64,000 nucleotides of DNA from Deltaproteobacteria bacterium. GTDB taxonomy: Bacteria; Myxococcota_A; Polyangia; Fen-1088. The notes beneath the pieces are model-generated. The model saw nothing but the letters and a program-made list of their open reading frames with translations, was not told the origin of the DNA and searched no databases. The position numbers and the translations under genes are program-made. The DNA lies in contig JANRKS010000019.1 in the NCBI GenBank assembly GCA_033763315.1, forward strand, positions 192,001 through 256,000, written 5' to 3'. How positions within the stretch are numbered: the first letter of the stretch is position 1; each line of letters begins with the position of its first letter. Of this stretch, positions 18,698 through 28,109 are shown in pieces.

Positions 18698-19321
18698 ATG
18701 TCTCGTCTTCGCGACCGCGGCGCTCGTCACGACGTCTTCTTCAAGAAGGCGCGCGATCAAGGTTTTGCCGCGCGCGCCGTGTTCAAGTTGGAAGACCTGG
18801 ACAAGAAGTTGAACCTGCTGCGGGCTGGTGAGCGCGTGCTTGATCTAGGATGCCGCCCTGGCTCTTGGCTGCAGTACGCGGCGTTGCGTGTGGGCCCCCA
18901 TGGCAAGCTCGTGGGCATCGACCGTTTGCCCATGCCCGCCGATATTCCGGGCGCTCGCATCGTGCTTGCCGATCTTTACGAAACGCCTGACGACGTGTTG
19001 CTGGGCGAGCTGGCCGCGTTCGACGTTGTCCTTTCGGATATGGCGCCGGACACCACCGGCATTCGAAGCACCGATCAGGCGCGATCTGCGGCGCTGGTGG
19101 AAGAGGCCCTGGGGCGCGCGGAGCGTCTGCTCGCACCGGGCGGCGCCTTTGTGGCCAAAGTCTTTCAAGGGCCTGACGTGGAGATCATTCGCAAGCGGAT
19201 GGAGAAGCTGTTTGCGACGGTGCGATTGGTAAAGCCGGAAGCGTCTCGCAAGATCAGCACCGAACTTTACCTCGCCGGCAAAGGCTTCGCGCCCGCGGCG
19301 GCTGTGGACGAACGGCGGTAA
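18698..19321 (+). CDS. rlmE: 23S rRNA 2'-O-methyltransferase, RlmE/FtsJ family
   Basis: ARAVFKL, DLGCRPGSW, LSDMAP, KVFQG, KPEASR and ELY (K-D-K-E tetrad). Confidence 0.93.
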   Translation: MSRLRDRGARHDVFFKKARDQGFAARAVFKLEDLDKKLNLLRAGERVLDLGCRPGSWLQYAALRVGPHGKLVGIDRLPMPADIPGARIVLADLYETPDDVLLGELAAFDVVLSDMAPDTTGIRSTDQARSAALVEEALGRAERLLAPGGAFVAKVFQGPDVEIIRKRMEKLFATVRLVKPEASRKISTELYLAGKGFAPAAAVDERR

Positions 19322-19327
19322 CGGCGG

Positions 19328-21082
19328 ATGCAGCCTGTGGCGCGACCGCCCCGCATCGCCAAGTTACCGTCCGCTCTGATCGATCAAATTGCGGCCGGCG
19401 AGGTGGTGGAACGCGCCGCTTCGGTGGTCAAGGAGCTGTGTGAAAACAGCCTGGACGCGGGGGCCCGTCGCATCGACGTGGAATTGACCGCGGGCGGTCG
19501 CACCGCCATCCGCATCGTTGATGACGGCTTCGGCATGACCGCCGAAGAGGCGCGCTTGGCGCTTGAGCGTCACGCCACGTCCAAGATCAAACAGGAAAGC
19601 GATCTGTGGGGTGTTGAAACGTTTGGTTTTCGCGGCGAAGCGTTGCCATCAATCGCTTCGGTGTCGCGGCTGACACTGCAAACCCGGCCCCCTGACGCGC
19701 AAGAAGGGTTTCTGTTGCGGGTTGAGGCGGGGCAGGAAACCGATGCCCGTGCCTGCGGCATGCCTCAGGGCACACAAATTGAAGTGCGTGATCTGTTTTT
19801 CAACACGCCGGCGCGTCTCAAATTCCAAAAGACGGAGGCCACCGAAACAAGCAATGTCTCGGAAGCTTTGTTGCGCTTGGCGGTGGCGAACCCTGACGTG
19901 CATTTTCGTTTGCGCGCCAATGGGCGTGTGCTGCTGGATCTGCCGCCACACAGAGATCTCAGTGAACGTGTGCGCGCGGCGTTGGCCAAACGCGGGGCAG
20001 GCGTGTTGCACGAAGCCGTGGGCGATGAAAACGGGGTTGCTGTGCACGCATTCCTGGCCGAGCCGGCCTGTGCGGCCAGCACCACACGCAACACGTTTAT
20101 GTTTGTGGGGCGTCGCTTCGTGCGTGATCGATCGCTGCTGCAAGCGCTCTCGATGGGGTATGGCGAGCTCATCGAGAAAGGGCGATACCCGTTAGCCGTG
20201 TTGTTCGTGGATGTGGCGGGCGAGGATCTCGATGTGAACGTACACCCGCAAAAAATGGAAGTTCGGTTCGCGCAGCCACAACCGGTGTACGCGGCGGTGC
20301 GGCACGTGGTGCAATCCTCGATCGCAACCGCGCCGTGGGCGGCCTCGGCCACGGCACGCCCCTATAGTTTTCCTCCTTCCACCCATTCGAAGGCCAGTGC
20401 GCGCGCGGCCGAACATGCGCCGCCGCGACACGTGCCTGCGCGTGCGCCCTCGTTGACCGATGCGCCCGTCGCCAATCTGGATCAAGTGTTCAAGGTGTAT
20501 CCCCTGCCGGCGCTCCCCCCATCCAACGCACCGCTGGGGTCACTTGGCACGCTGCCGTTCGTGGGGGTGTTTGCCAGGCGCTACATGCTGCTCGAAGAGC
20601 CCGGCGTGGGGCTTCTGATGATTGATGGCGAAGCGGCGGGGCACGCGATCCTTTTGGCGAAGTTGCAGCGTGCACTGCTTGGGGGGCCGTTGGCCGCGCA
20701 GCGTTTGCTGTTCCCCATCCCGGTGTCCGTCGATGCCGTGGCGGCGGCATGGGTAGGCCGATCGCCCGCCGCGCTTGCCCCCTTAGGCTTTGATGTCGAA
20801 GTGTTTGGCTCCGAAAGCATCTTGGTGCGTGCTGTGCCCGAGCTGTTGTCGCATTCAGATCCCAAACCCTTGCTGTCTGCCGCGTTGTCGGCATTGCTGG
20901 CCGGGCAACAGCCCACCTTCGCGTTGGCAAACATGGTTGCCTGCGCGCCTGTCGTGCGGCTTTTAAATGAACGGGACGCGCAAACGCTGTTGCAACAATT
21001 GGACACGCTGGGCGTGAACGCGCAGGCCTTTGTGGCGAGGCTTGGGATCGATGAACTCGCAGGTCGGTTCGGCCGATCATGA
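19328..21082 (+). CDS. mutL: DNA mismatch repair protein MutL with a degenerate C-terminal endonuclease domain
   Basis: IAAGEVVER, ENSLDAG, HATSKI, GFRGEAL, LFFNTPAR and DVNVHP motifs. Lies upstream of miaA, as is usual. Confidence 0.95.
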   Translation: MQPVARPPRIAKLPSALIDQIAAGEVVERAASVVKELCENSLDAGARRIDVELTAGGRTAIRIVDDGFGMTAEEARLALERHATSKIKQESDLWGVETFGFRGEALPSIASVSRLTLQTRPPDAQEGFLLRVEAGQETDARACGMPQGTQIEVRDLFFNTPARLKFQKTEATETSNVSEALLRLAVANPDVHFRLRANGRVLLDLPPHRDLSERVRAALAKRGAGVLHEAVGDENGVAVHAFLAEPACAASTTRNTFMFVGRRFVRDRSLLQALSMGYGELIEKGRYPLAVLFVDVAGEDLDVNVHPQKMEVRFAQPQPVYAAVRHVVQSSIATAPWAASATARPYSFPPSTHSKASARAAEHAPPRHVPARAPSLTDAPVANLDQVFKVYPLPALPPSNAPLGSLGTLPFVGVFARRYMLLEEPGVGLLMIDGEAAGHAILLAKLQRALLGGPLAAQRLLFPIPVSVDAVAAAWVGRSPAALAPLGFDVEVFGSESILVRAVPELLSHSDPKPLLSAALSALLAGQQPTFALANMVACAPVVRLLNERDAQTLLQQLDTLGVNAQAFVARLGIDELAGRFGRS

Positions 21083-22014
21083 TCACGCCCGCATCTTCAT
21101 CGAAGGGCCTTGTGGTGATGGCCTTCTTGGGGCCGACGGCTTCAGGCAAAAGTGAGCTTGCGATGGACTGGGCGCAACGCTTCGATTGCGAGATCCTGTG
21201 TTGCGATTCGATGCAGGTCTATAAGGGCCTCGACATTGGCACAGGCAAACCGACGCGTGAAGATCAAGCAGCGGTCCCTCATCACCTGCTCGATGTGGTA
21301 ACGCCCGACCAGGAGTTTCACGCAGGCGCTTGGGCACGGCAGGCGCGTGTGTTGGTGGAGCAGATCTTGTCGCGGGGGCGCTGGCCGTTGGTGGTGGGCG
21401 GCACGGGCCTTTACTTTCGTGCACTCACGCAAGGCCTGTTCGATGCTCCACCAGCGGATCCCGAGATTCGCGCGCGGCACAAAGCTGAGGCTGACGCGGA
21501 AGGTGTGCCCATGCTGCATGCGCGTTTGGCAACGATTGATCCCGAGGCGGCGGCCCGCATTTCGCCCAACGATCTGGTGCGCACAAGCCGCGCGCTTGAG
21601 GTGTGGGAGCAGACGGGCGTTCCGATCACGGTTCTGTGGAAGAAGGCTGAACCCACCGTGCCGGTACACGCCTTTCGCGTTCTGTACGATCGCGACCCTG
21701 ACGAGCTTCGACAGCGCATTGATCGACGGGTTGAGGCGATGATGGCTGCGGGCTTTCTCGCAGAGGTGAAGGGGCTGCGCGCGCGAGGCTATAGCGGCGC
21801 GCGGGCGTTGGCGGGGCTGGGGTATAAAGAGCTCAGCCAGCACCTTGACGGCCAGTTGGACTTGGCGGCCGCTGTGGCGGAAATAAAGAAGAACACGGCC
21901 TACTATGCGCGGCGCCAACGCACGTGGTTTCGCAAAGACGCCCCGGAAGTGCGCCTTTCGGGCAGCGTCGACATGGAAGCTTTGACAGCGATGGTCAAGG
22001 CGTGGCTTGCGTGA
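21079..22014 (+). CDS. miaA: tRNA dimethylallyltransferase
   Basis: GPTASGKS, DSMQVY, DIGTGKP, HHLLD, GGTGLY, RALEV, GYKE and YARRQRTWFR motifs. Confidence 0.97.
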   Translation: MITPASSSKGLVVMAFLGPTASGKSELAMDWAQRFDCEILCCDSMQVYKGLDIGTGKPTREDQAAVPHHLLDVVTPDQEFHAGAWARQARVLVEQILSRGRWPLVVGGTGLYFRALTQGLFDAPPADPEIRARHKAEADAEGVPMLHARLATIDPEAAARISPNDLVRTSRALEVWEQTGVPITVLWKKAEPTVPVHAFRVLYDRDPDELRQRIDRRVEAMMAAGFLAEVKGLRARGYSGARALAGLGYKELSQHLDGQLDLAAAVAEIKKNTAYYARRQRTWFRKDAPEVRLSGSVDMEALTAMVKAWLA

Positions 22015-22136
22015 AACCCACACGTTGGGTGGGGCCCCACAGCGCGTGACCGTCGGGGCAGCGCGTTGTGCAGAAAAGACAAACATTCGCCCCTTGTCAT
22101 CGGGCGCAAACGACCCCAGTATCACCGGTCTCCCGC

Positions 22137-23138
22137 ATGGAGACCAAAACTGAAAAACCAGTGGACGGCCCAACCCTCGATTTCGAGCGTCCGATCGTTG
22201 AACTCGAAAAACGCATCGATGAACTGCAGCAGCTCACCGGCGCCGAGGTTGATCTCCAAACGGAAATCAAAGCGCTGCAAAAGCGCGTAGAGGCCCTACA
22301 GCGCAAGATCTTCGACGATCTTTCGCCCTGGCAGCGCGTGTTGCTGTCTCGTCATCCAAGCCGCCCATACACGCTTGATTACATCAGCCGCTTGTTCACG
22401 GACTTCACGGAACTGCACGGCGATCGCCGTTTTGCAGACGATCCGGCCATCGTGGGGGGCTTTGCGCATTTCGATGGCGAATCGGTCTTGGTGTTGGGCC
22501 ACCAAAAAGGTCGCACAACCAAGGAAAACGTTCATCGCAATTTCGGCATGCCGAAGCCCGAGGGGTACCGTAAGGCGTTGCGCCTCATGGAGCTGGCGGG
22601 ACGTTACGGCCGGCCAATCATTTGCTTCGTAGACACTGCCGGTGCTTATCCTGGGCTCGACGCCGAAGAGCGCGGCCAAGCGGAGGCCATCGCGAAGAAC
22701 CTTGAGGTTATGTCGAGCTTGCCCGTACCGATCCTGTGCGCGGTGATCGGCGAGGGTGGCTCGGGTGGCGCGTTGGCCTTGGGCGTGGCCGACCGCATCT
22801 TCATGTTGGAGAACTCGGTTTACTCCGTGATTTCTCCGGAAGGTTGCGCTTCGATCTTGTGGCGAGACGACACCCAAAAACCGCTGGCCGCCGAAGTCAT
22901 GAAGATCACGGCCAACGATCTCAAGCGCCTGCAGATCATCGATGAGGTGATCCCCGAAGCACGCGGCGGAGCGCATCGTGATTGGGACGCCACCGCGCTG
23001 AATCTGAAAGAAGTGTTCTCGCGCAGCTTACGGGAGTTGGCGAAGCTCAGCGTGCAAGAGCTAAAAGACGAGCGATACCGCAAGTTCCGCCAAATGGGCC
23101 AGTTCGTGGAAACCACCGAACGCGGGCGTTCGTTGTGA
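22137..23138 (+). CDS. accA: Acetyl-CoA carboxylase carboxyltransferase subunit alpha
   Basis: [36 protein letters not shown] and SVISPEGCA motifs. Start set at ATG 22137. Confidence 0.97.
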   Translation: METKTEKPVDGPTLDFERPIVELEKRIDELQQLTGAEVDLQTEIKALQKRVEALQRKIFDDLSPWQRVLLSRHPSRPYTLDYISRLFTDFTELHGDRRFADDPAIVGGFAHFDGESVLVLGHQKGRTTKENVHRNFGMPKPEGYRKALRLMELAGRYGRPIICFVDTAGAYPGLDAEERGQAEAIAKNLEVMSSLPVPILCAVIGEGGSGGALALGVADRIFMLENSVYSVISPEGCASILWRDDTQKPLAAEVMKITANDLKRLQIIDEVIPEARGGAHRDWDATALNLKEVFSRSLRELAKLSVQELKDERYRKFRQMGQFVETTERGRSL

Positions 23139-23168
23139 CTTCCGCTGTGAAGAGAAAAGGGTAGCGCC

Positions 23169-24158
23169 ATGAGCAAACGACCACAAAGTCCCGGTGCCGA
23201 AGAAATCCTTGGCCAATACTTTCCGGTGTTGGATCACGGATTCGTTTCGCTCGTGGATTACATGGGCAGCGACGAAGACATCGAGCGCGCCGCACGTGTG
23301 AGTTACGGTTACGGCACCCGCAAGCAAAACCTGACGCGCGGATTGATTCGATACCTGCGCCGCCACAAGCACACCACGCCCAGCGAAATGGTGGAGCTGA
23401 AATTTCACTGTTGCATGCCTATGTTCATCGCCCGGCAGTGGATTCGTCACCGCACGGCGAACGTGAACGAGTATTCGGGTCGCTACAGCTTGATGCCGAT
23501 GTTGTTCTACTCGCCTGAGAACGCGCAGCTGCAAACGCAAAGCCGCGCGAACAACCAAGGGCGCAGTGGGCAGCCTGTGGATCCGAACCTGTATGCGGAG
23601 GCCACGCGGCGTTGGCAAGGCATCCGGCGTGATTCAGCCGCTGCTTATGAATGGCTCACCGAACAAGACGTGGCACGCGAATTGGCGCGCATCGATTTGC
23701 CGTTGTCCACCTACACGCAGTGGTATTGGAAGATCGATCTGCACAACCTGTTGCACTTCTTAACGCTGCGGGTGGATTCGCACGCGCAATGGGAGATTCA
23801 AGAGTACGGCCGCGTGATGGCGGGCATGCTCAAGCGTGTGGCGCCGCTGTCTTACGAAGCGTGGATCGATTACGACGTATGCGGTGGCCACATGTCGCGC
23901 ATGGAGTTTGACGTCATTCGCCGCTTGGTCACGTCTGAAGGTGACGGCATCACGGGGCGCGAAGGCGCGTTGACGAAGCAGCAACTGCTTGATGGTGGCC
24001 TGTCGGCGCGCGAAGTGGCTGAGCTGCTGCTGAAGCTGCGGCCTAAAGCGGTGCCGGACTTCGAGTTGGATCTGAGCCAAGCGAAAAGCGGCGAGTACTT
24101 CGCCGAGCGCTTTGCTGCAGCTGTTCCCAAGGGTGACAAGTCACCCGCCGAGTCATAG
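23169..24158 (+). CDS. thyX: FAD-dependent thymidylate synthase
   Basis: AARVSY, HTTPSE, RHRTANVNEYSGRY, ARELAR, NLLHFL.LR and HAQWEI motifs. Confidence 0.96.
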   Translation: MSKRPQSPGAEEILGQYFPVLDHGFVSLVDYMGSDEDIERAARVSYGYGTRKQNLTRGLIRYLRRHKHTTPSEMVELKFHCCMPMFIARQWIRHRTANVNEYSGRYSLMPMLFYSPENAQLQTQSRANNQGRSGQPVDPNLYAEATRRWQGIRRDSAAAYEWLTEQDVARELARIDLPLSTYTQWYWKIDLHNLLHFLTLRVDSHAQWEIQEYGRVMAGMLKRVAPLSYEAWIDYDVCGGHMSRMEFDVIRRLVTSEGDGITGREGALTKQQLLDGGLSAREVAELLLKLRPKAVPDFELDLSQAKSGEYFAERFAAAVPKGDKSPAES

Positions 24159-24200
24159 CTAGACGGGGCCCCGCCTTTGGAGAGCAGGCCGGGACCTGCG

Positions 24201-24467
24201 TTATTCTTCGGGCTTGGGCGGCGGCTGCGTGGGGATGCGGTACATCCCCGTGCGACGCGGCTTGAGCATGTTGGGGAGCTCGGACAAGGCGCGGTCCAGG
24301 GTGACGGGCTCTTCAGGCACGGCCACGTCAGCGTCGAAATCGAGCAGGTCGCCATCGGTGCGGGCGCGAAGCCGGCGGGCGTAATCCAAGGCTTTCCGAA
24401 TCGATTGTTCGGAGACGCCTGCGTCAAAACGATCCGCTGTGTCTTTGCCTCGCGTACTACCAGACAT
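24201..24467 (-). CDS. Small hypothetical protein (88 aa)
   Basis: Fills the gap between thyX and tatD. ATG at 24467 follows a G-rich possible RBS, and the sequence looks protein-like. Confidence 0.6.
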   Translation of the reverse strand: MSGSTRGKDTADRFDAGVSEQSIRKALDYARRLRARTDGDLLDFDADVAVPEEPVTLDRALSELPNMLKPRRTGMYRIPTQPPPKPEE

Positions 24468-24536
24468 CGTTGTTGCCCCCGAAGGAACGCAAAGTATGTG
24501 CGCGGCGCCAATGGGGGTCAATTCAATTCAAAGCGC

Positions 24537-25322
24537 TTACATCGCGTTTTGTTCGAGGCGGAACAACCGCTTCGCATTTTCGGAAGTGGCATGTGCGGCG
24601 GTTTCGAGATCAACGCCTTTGATCTCGGCCAGCTTCTTCAGCGTCTCCACCACATAGGCGGGTTCATTGCGCTTGCCGCGGTAGGGGATGGGCGCCAGGT
24701 AGGGCGCATCCGTTTCTATGGTGATGCGATCAAGTGGCGCAAACCGCGCCGCTTCACGGATGGCTTCCGCGTTCTTGAAGGTCAAGATGCCCGAGAACGA
24801 CAGCGTTTGGCCAAGATCGAGGTACACACGGGCCTCGGCCACGCCGCCGGTGAAGCAGTGGATCACACCCGGCGTGGGGCCAGCTTCTCGCAAGATGGCC
24901 TGAGCGTCCTCGTGGGCGTCCCGTATGTGCGACACCACGGGCCGTGACAGCTTCTGCGCAAGCGCAATGAAGCGGCGGTAGGCCGCCCGCTGCACATCCC
25001 GAGGCGACTGAGCATAGTGGTAATCCAGGCCCGTCTCACCGATCGCCACCACGCGCGGCCGCCGGCCAAGCCGCTCAAGCTCTTGCCAGTCGGTTTCGGT
25101 CATAAGAGCGGCGTCGTGCGGGTGGACCCCAACCGCGGCCCACACATCCGCTTCGGCTTCCGCAATCTGCACGGCGCCACGGGCCGACGAGGTGTCGCGG
25201 CCACTGCCAATGCACACAAACGCCTGCACGCCCGCGGCCCGCGCCCGAATCAAGACGTCGGGCAACTCGCCCGCGTAATCATCGAAGTCGAGGTGGCAGT
25301 GGGTATCAACGACGGCAAACAC
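24537..25322 (-). CDS. tatD: TatD family hydrolase/DNase
   Basis: DTHCH, GVHPH, IGETGLDY, HIRDA, HCF, ETDAPY and RNEP motifs. Confidence 0.95.
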   Translation of the reverse strand: MFAVVDTHCHLDFDDYAGELPDVLIRARAAGVQAFVCIGSGRDTSSARGAVQIAEAEADVWAAVGVHPHDAALMTETDWQELERLGRRPRVVAIGETGLDYHYAQSPRDVQRAAYRRFIALAQKLSRPVVSHIRDAHEDAQAILREAGPTPGVIHCFTGGVAEARVYLDLGQTLSFSGILTFKNAEAIREAARFAPLDRITIETDAPYLAPIPYRGKRNEPAYVVETLKKLAEIKGVDLETAAHATSENAKRLFRLEQNAM

Positions 25323-25349
25323 GCGCCTAGGGTAGCAGTGGCAGTGGCG

Positions 25350-26315
25350 CTAGGCTTGCGCGCTGCTGGGGCCCGCACCCAGCATGGGCAGCCCGCTGGC
25401 TCGCAGCGCCACGCGCCCGGCGGCGTCGAACGTTAACGATGGCACTTGCCGGCACAACTCCTCCAAAACCTGAAGCGGCGGCACGAATTCGCGGGGGCGC
25501 CGATCGAACAAGGCCTGCGCCAATTGGTCAAGCGCCATCGACCCAGCCTCCAGGGTCCGTTCCATGGCGCGCACCAAACGCGAATCTTCGCTCTCGAACC
25601 AAAACCAGGCACCCTGTTTGTCGAGCCACCGGAAGCTGGGCCGCGAGGCCACCACAGTGCGCAGGAAGTCCAGCCGCGCCGCCCCCGCTTGCTCGGCCAG
25701 ATGGATGAGGTTCGCCAGGCCCCACGACACAACGGAGCGCACGGCCAGGCCATAAAAACGCTGCGTGGTGGAAAGATCAGGCCCCGGCACCACCAGGCAA
25801 AGATCACCGCGGCGAAGAATGGCGTAGGGAATCGGTGCCTCGACGAAGCGGCTGGCGCGTTCGATCTGCGCCAAGGTCACTTCGCCGCGGGTCAGCGCTT
25901 GCTGACGCAGCTCCGCGAGGATATGCGCCTCCGAGGCGGGTGCCAGCGCGCCGATGACACCGATGGCGCGCTCGAGCAGGGGCGTGGGTGGGCGGGGCCA
26001 CAGGCGGGGTCTGGCGACCAGCAACGGCGCCAACTCGTCTTCGAGAACGGAGGGTGTGCCTTCCGGGTGCATGGCGGCGTGTCGCATGGCCACAGCGGTG
26101 GCAACGGCATCGTGAAGCGTGCGCAAGCCAAATCCGGGAATCGCGAGCAAGCGGCCCACGGTCCACAGGCCGTCCATGGACTCATGCAACACAGCGCGCT
26201 CAAGCGACGCGCGCACCTTCGGGGGAAGCGGGATGTCGCGCAGGATCTCGGCGGGAGAGGGCGCCGTGCGCATGAGGAACTCCGCGGGCGGGCGACGAAG
26301 CGTGGAGGTGGGCAT
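25350..26315 (-). CDS. Hypothetical protein with an N-terminal segment resembling the RNA polymerase alpha C-terminal domain
   Basis: LRDIPLPPKVRASLERA...TVGRLLAIPGFGLRTL resembles the alpha-CTD helix-hairpin-helix. The start is uncertain (26384, 26315 or 26273). Confidence 0.6.
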   Translation of the reverse strand: MPTSTLRRPPAEFLMRTAPSPAEILRDIPLPPKVRASLERAVLHESMDGLWTVGRLLAIPGFGLRTLHDAVATAVAMRHAAMHPEGTPSVLEDELAPLLVARPRLWPRPPTPLLERAIGVIGALAPASEAHILAELRQQALTRGEVTLAQIERASRFVEAPIPYAILRRGDLCLVVPGPDLSTTQRFYGLAVRSVVSWGLANLIHLAEQAGAARLDFLRTVVASRPSFRWLDKQGAWFWFESEDSRLVRAMERTLEAGSMALDQLAQALFDRRPREFVPPLQVLEELCRQVPSLTFDAAGRVALRASGLPMLGAGPSSAQA

Positions 26316-26447
26316 AGCCCTGGACAAAGAGGCCAAAAGGGCCGCCGTCGTCGCAATCGCGGAAGCGGAAGACATCCCCACCAAAGTAAAGGTGGTGTGT
26401 CTCCGATATGTTTCGGCGGCGCAAAATGGCCGTAAACCGTTCGGCTT

Positions 26448-27443
26448 CTAAAGGCGGGCTGCGACGGAGGCAGCACCGAGAAGGCCCACAGACGGATGCG
26501 TGACCACAAAACACGGTATTTTTGCGACCAAAGGCTGAAAGCGCCCCTTGGCTTCGAATGCTTGGCGGAACACGCCATTGCTCATCACAGGGGTGATGCG
26601 GGGGGCGATGCCGCCAGCGATAAACACGCCGCCTGTGGCCAAGAACGTCAGCGCCAAGTTGCCCGCCAGCCCGCCGAGAATCGAACAAAACAGGTTGATG
26701 GCCATCACGCAGATCGGATCCTTGCCCTCCATGGCTTGGCGAGCGATGACCGCTGCGGGATCCTCGACCACCATCATGCCCTTGGTGTCCTCGGCCACAA
26801 GCGGGCGCAACGATGGTTCACTGGTAAGGAAGCCAAAAATATCGGCCAGCCCCTGGGCCGACAAAACGCGTTCATAAGAAACACGGCCGTAGCGACCGGC
26901 CATATATGTCATGAGCCCCGTTTCCAGTGCGGATCGAGGCGTGAAGTCGACGTGACCCCCTTCAGAGGCGATGACCTGATAACGGTTGTCCGCAGGCGAC
27001 CAGAACAAAAAGCCTTCACCCAGGCCCGTGCCCGCGCCCATCACCACGATCGGGCCCGTGGGGTTCCGCTCTTTGCCACCCACCTCGTGCAGGCTGTCTT
27101 GCCCTATGACGGTGACACCCAACGCGGCAGCCTGAAAGTCGTTCACCAACGCCACCTTTTCGATTTTGGCCTTGGCTTCGATCTTCTTTGCGTCAACGAA
27201 CCAGGGCAGGTTGGTGACCCGGCAGGTGTTGTTCTCGACGGGACCAGGCACGCCAAAGCAGGCGCGCCGCGGATGCGTGTCCGGACCCAAGGCTTTGCGA
27301 ACGTCGTGGATGAATTTATCGGCAACGGCGTCAAGCGAGGCGTGGTCGGCAGAAGGGTACGCCTTCTCGAAGAAAATCTCGTTGTCACGCAAAAGCGCGA
27401 GGCGGCTGGTTTTGCCCCCGATGTCTCCGGCCAAAACGATCAC
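26448..27443 (-). CDS. glk: Glucokinase
   Basis: GDIGG, TNLPW, NDF, GAGTGLG, SEGGH, SYERVLS and GGIAPRI motifs. Confidence 0.95.
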   Translation of the reverse strand: MIVLAGDIGGKTSRLALLRDNEIFFEKAYPSADHASLDAVADKFIHDVRKALGPDTHPRRACFGVPGPVENNTCRVTNLPWFVDAKKIEAKAKIEKVALVNDFQAAALGVTVIGQDSLHEVGGKERNPTGPIVVMGAGTGLGEGFLFWSPADNRYQVIASEGGHVDFTPRSALETGLMTYMAGRYGRVSYERVLSAQGLADIFGFLTSEPSLRPLVAEDTKGMMVVEDPAAVIARQAMEGKDPICVMAINLFCSILGGLAGNLALTFLATGGVFIAGGIAPRITPVMSNGVFRQAFEAKGRFQPLVAKIPCFVVTHPSVGLLGAASVAARL

Positions 27444-27512
27444 GCGTGGCTCCTTGTGCTGCTGGCGATCCGCATTCCCTACGATACCCCGTTCTGTGAT
27501 TCCCTGCGCGCC

Positions 27513-27986
27513 TTAGTGCGCGCCCTTAGGGCTGTTGACGCCATCAGGGCCGGCTTCGAGTTGCGTCATCTTGTCCACGCGTTGGGCGTGGCGGCCGCCC
27601 TCGAACGGCGTGGCCAAAAAAGCGTCCACGATGGCCGTGGCTGTGTCGGGCGGCACGAAGCGCTCCCCCAGGCACACAATGTTGGCGTCATTGTGCGAAC
27701 GAGCCATCCGTGCGGCCTCTATTGAAAAGCCCTGGGCGGCCCGTATCCCGGCGATTTTGTTCGCGGCGATGCACATGCCTGTGCCCGAGCCGCACACCAA
27801 CACGCCCAGCGTGCCCGCGGTGTCACGCACAGCCCGGGCCACGGGCGCGGCGTAGTCGGGGTAATCACTGCGTTGGTCCGTGGCAGCACCCATGTCCTGC
27901 ACGTCATGCCCGCGCGCACGCAAATGCGCCACTACCTTTTGCCGGAGGTGAAAACCGGCGTGATCACTAGCGACGAAGAGCTTCAC
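27513..27986 (-). CDS. rpiB: Ribose-5-phosphate isomerase B
   Basis: SDHAG, DYPD, CGSGTG, ANK, HNDAN and FEGGRH motifs. Start set at GTG 27986. Confidence 0.96.
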   Translation of the reverse strand: MKLFVASDHAGFHLRQKVVAHLRARGHDVQDMGAATDQRSDYPDYAAPVARAVRDTAGTLGVLVCGSGTGMCIAANKIAGIRAAQGFSIEAARMARSHNDANIVCLGERFVPPDTATAIVDAFLATPFEGGRHAQRVDKMTQLEAGPDGVNSPKGAH

Positions 27987-28109
27987 GGCGAGCCACAATG
28001 GCAGGAAGGGCCCAGCCTTTCAAGTGCCCGTTTGGGCCGGCACGCCCGGTTGATTTCGCGGTGTTCGCTTTGGTTCCGAAGCCTCGGGCCCTCTGTTATA
28101 TGCAGGCGC

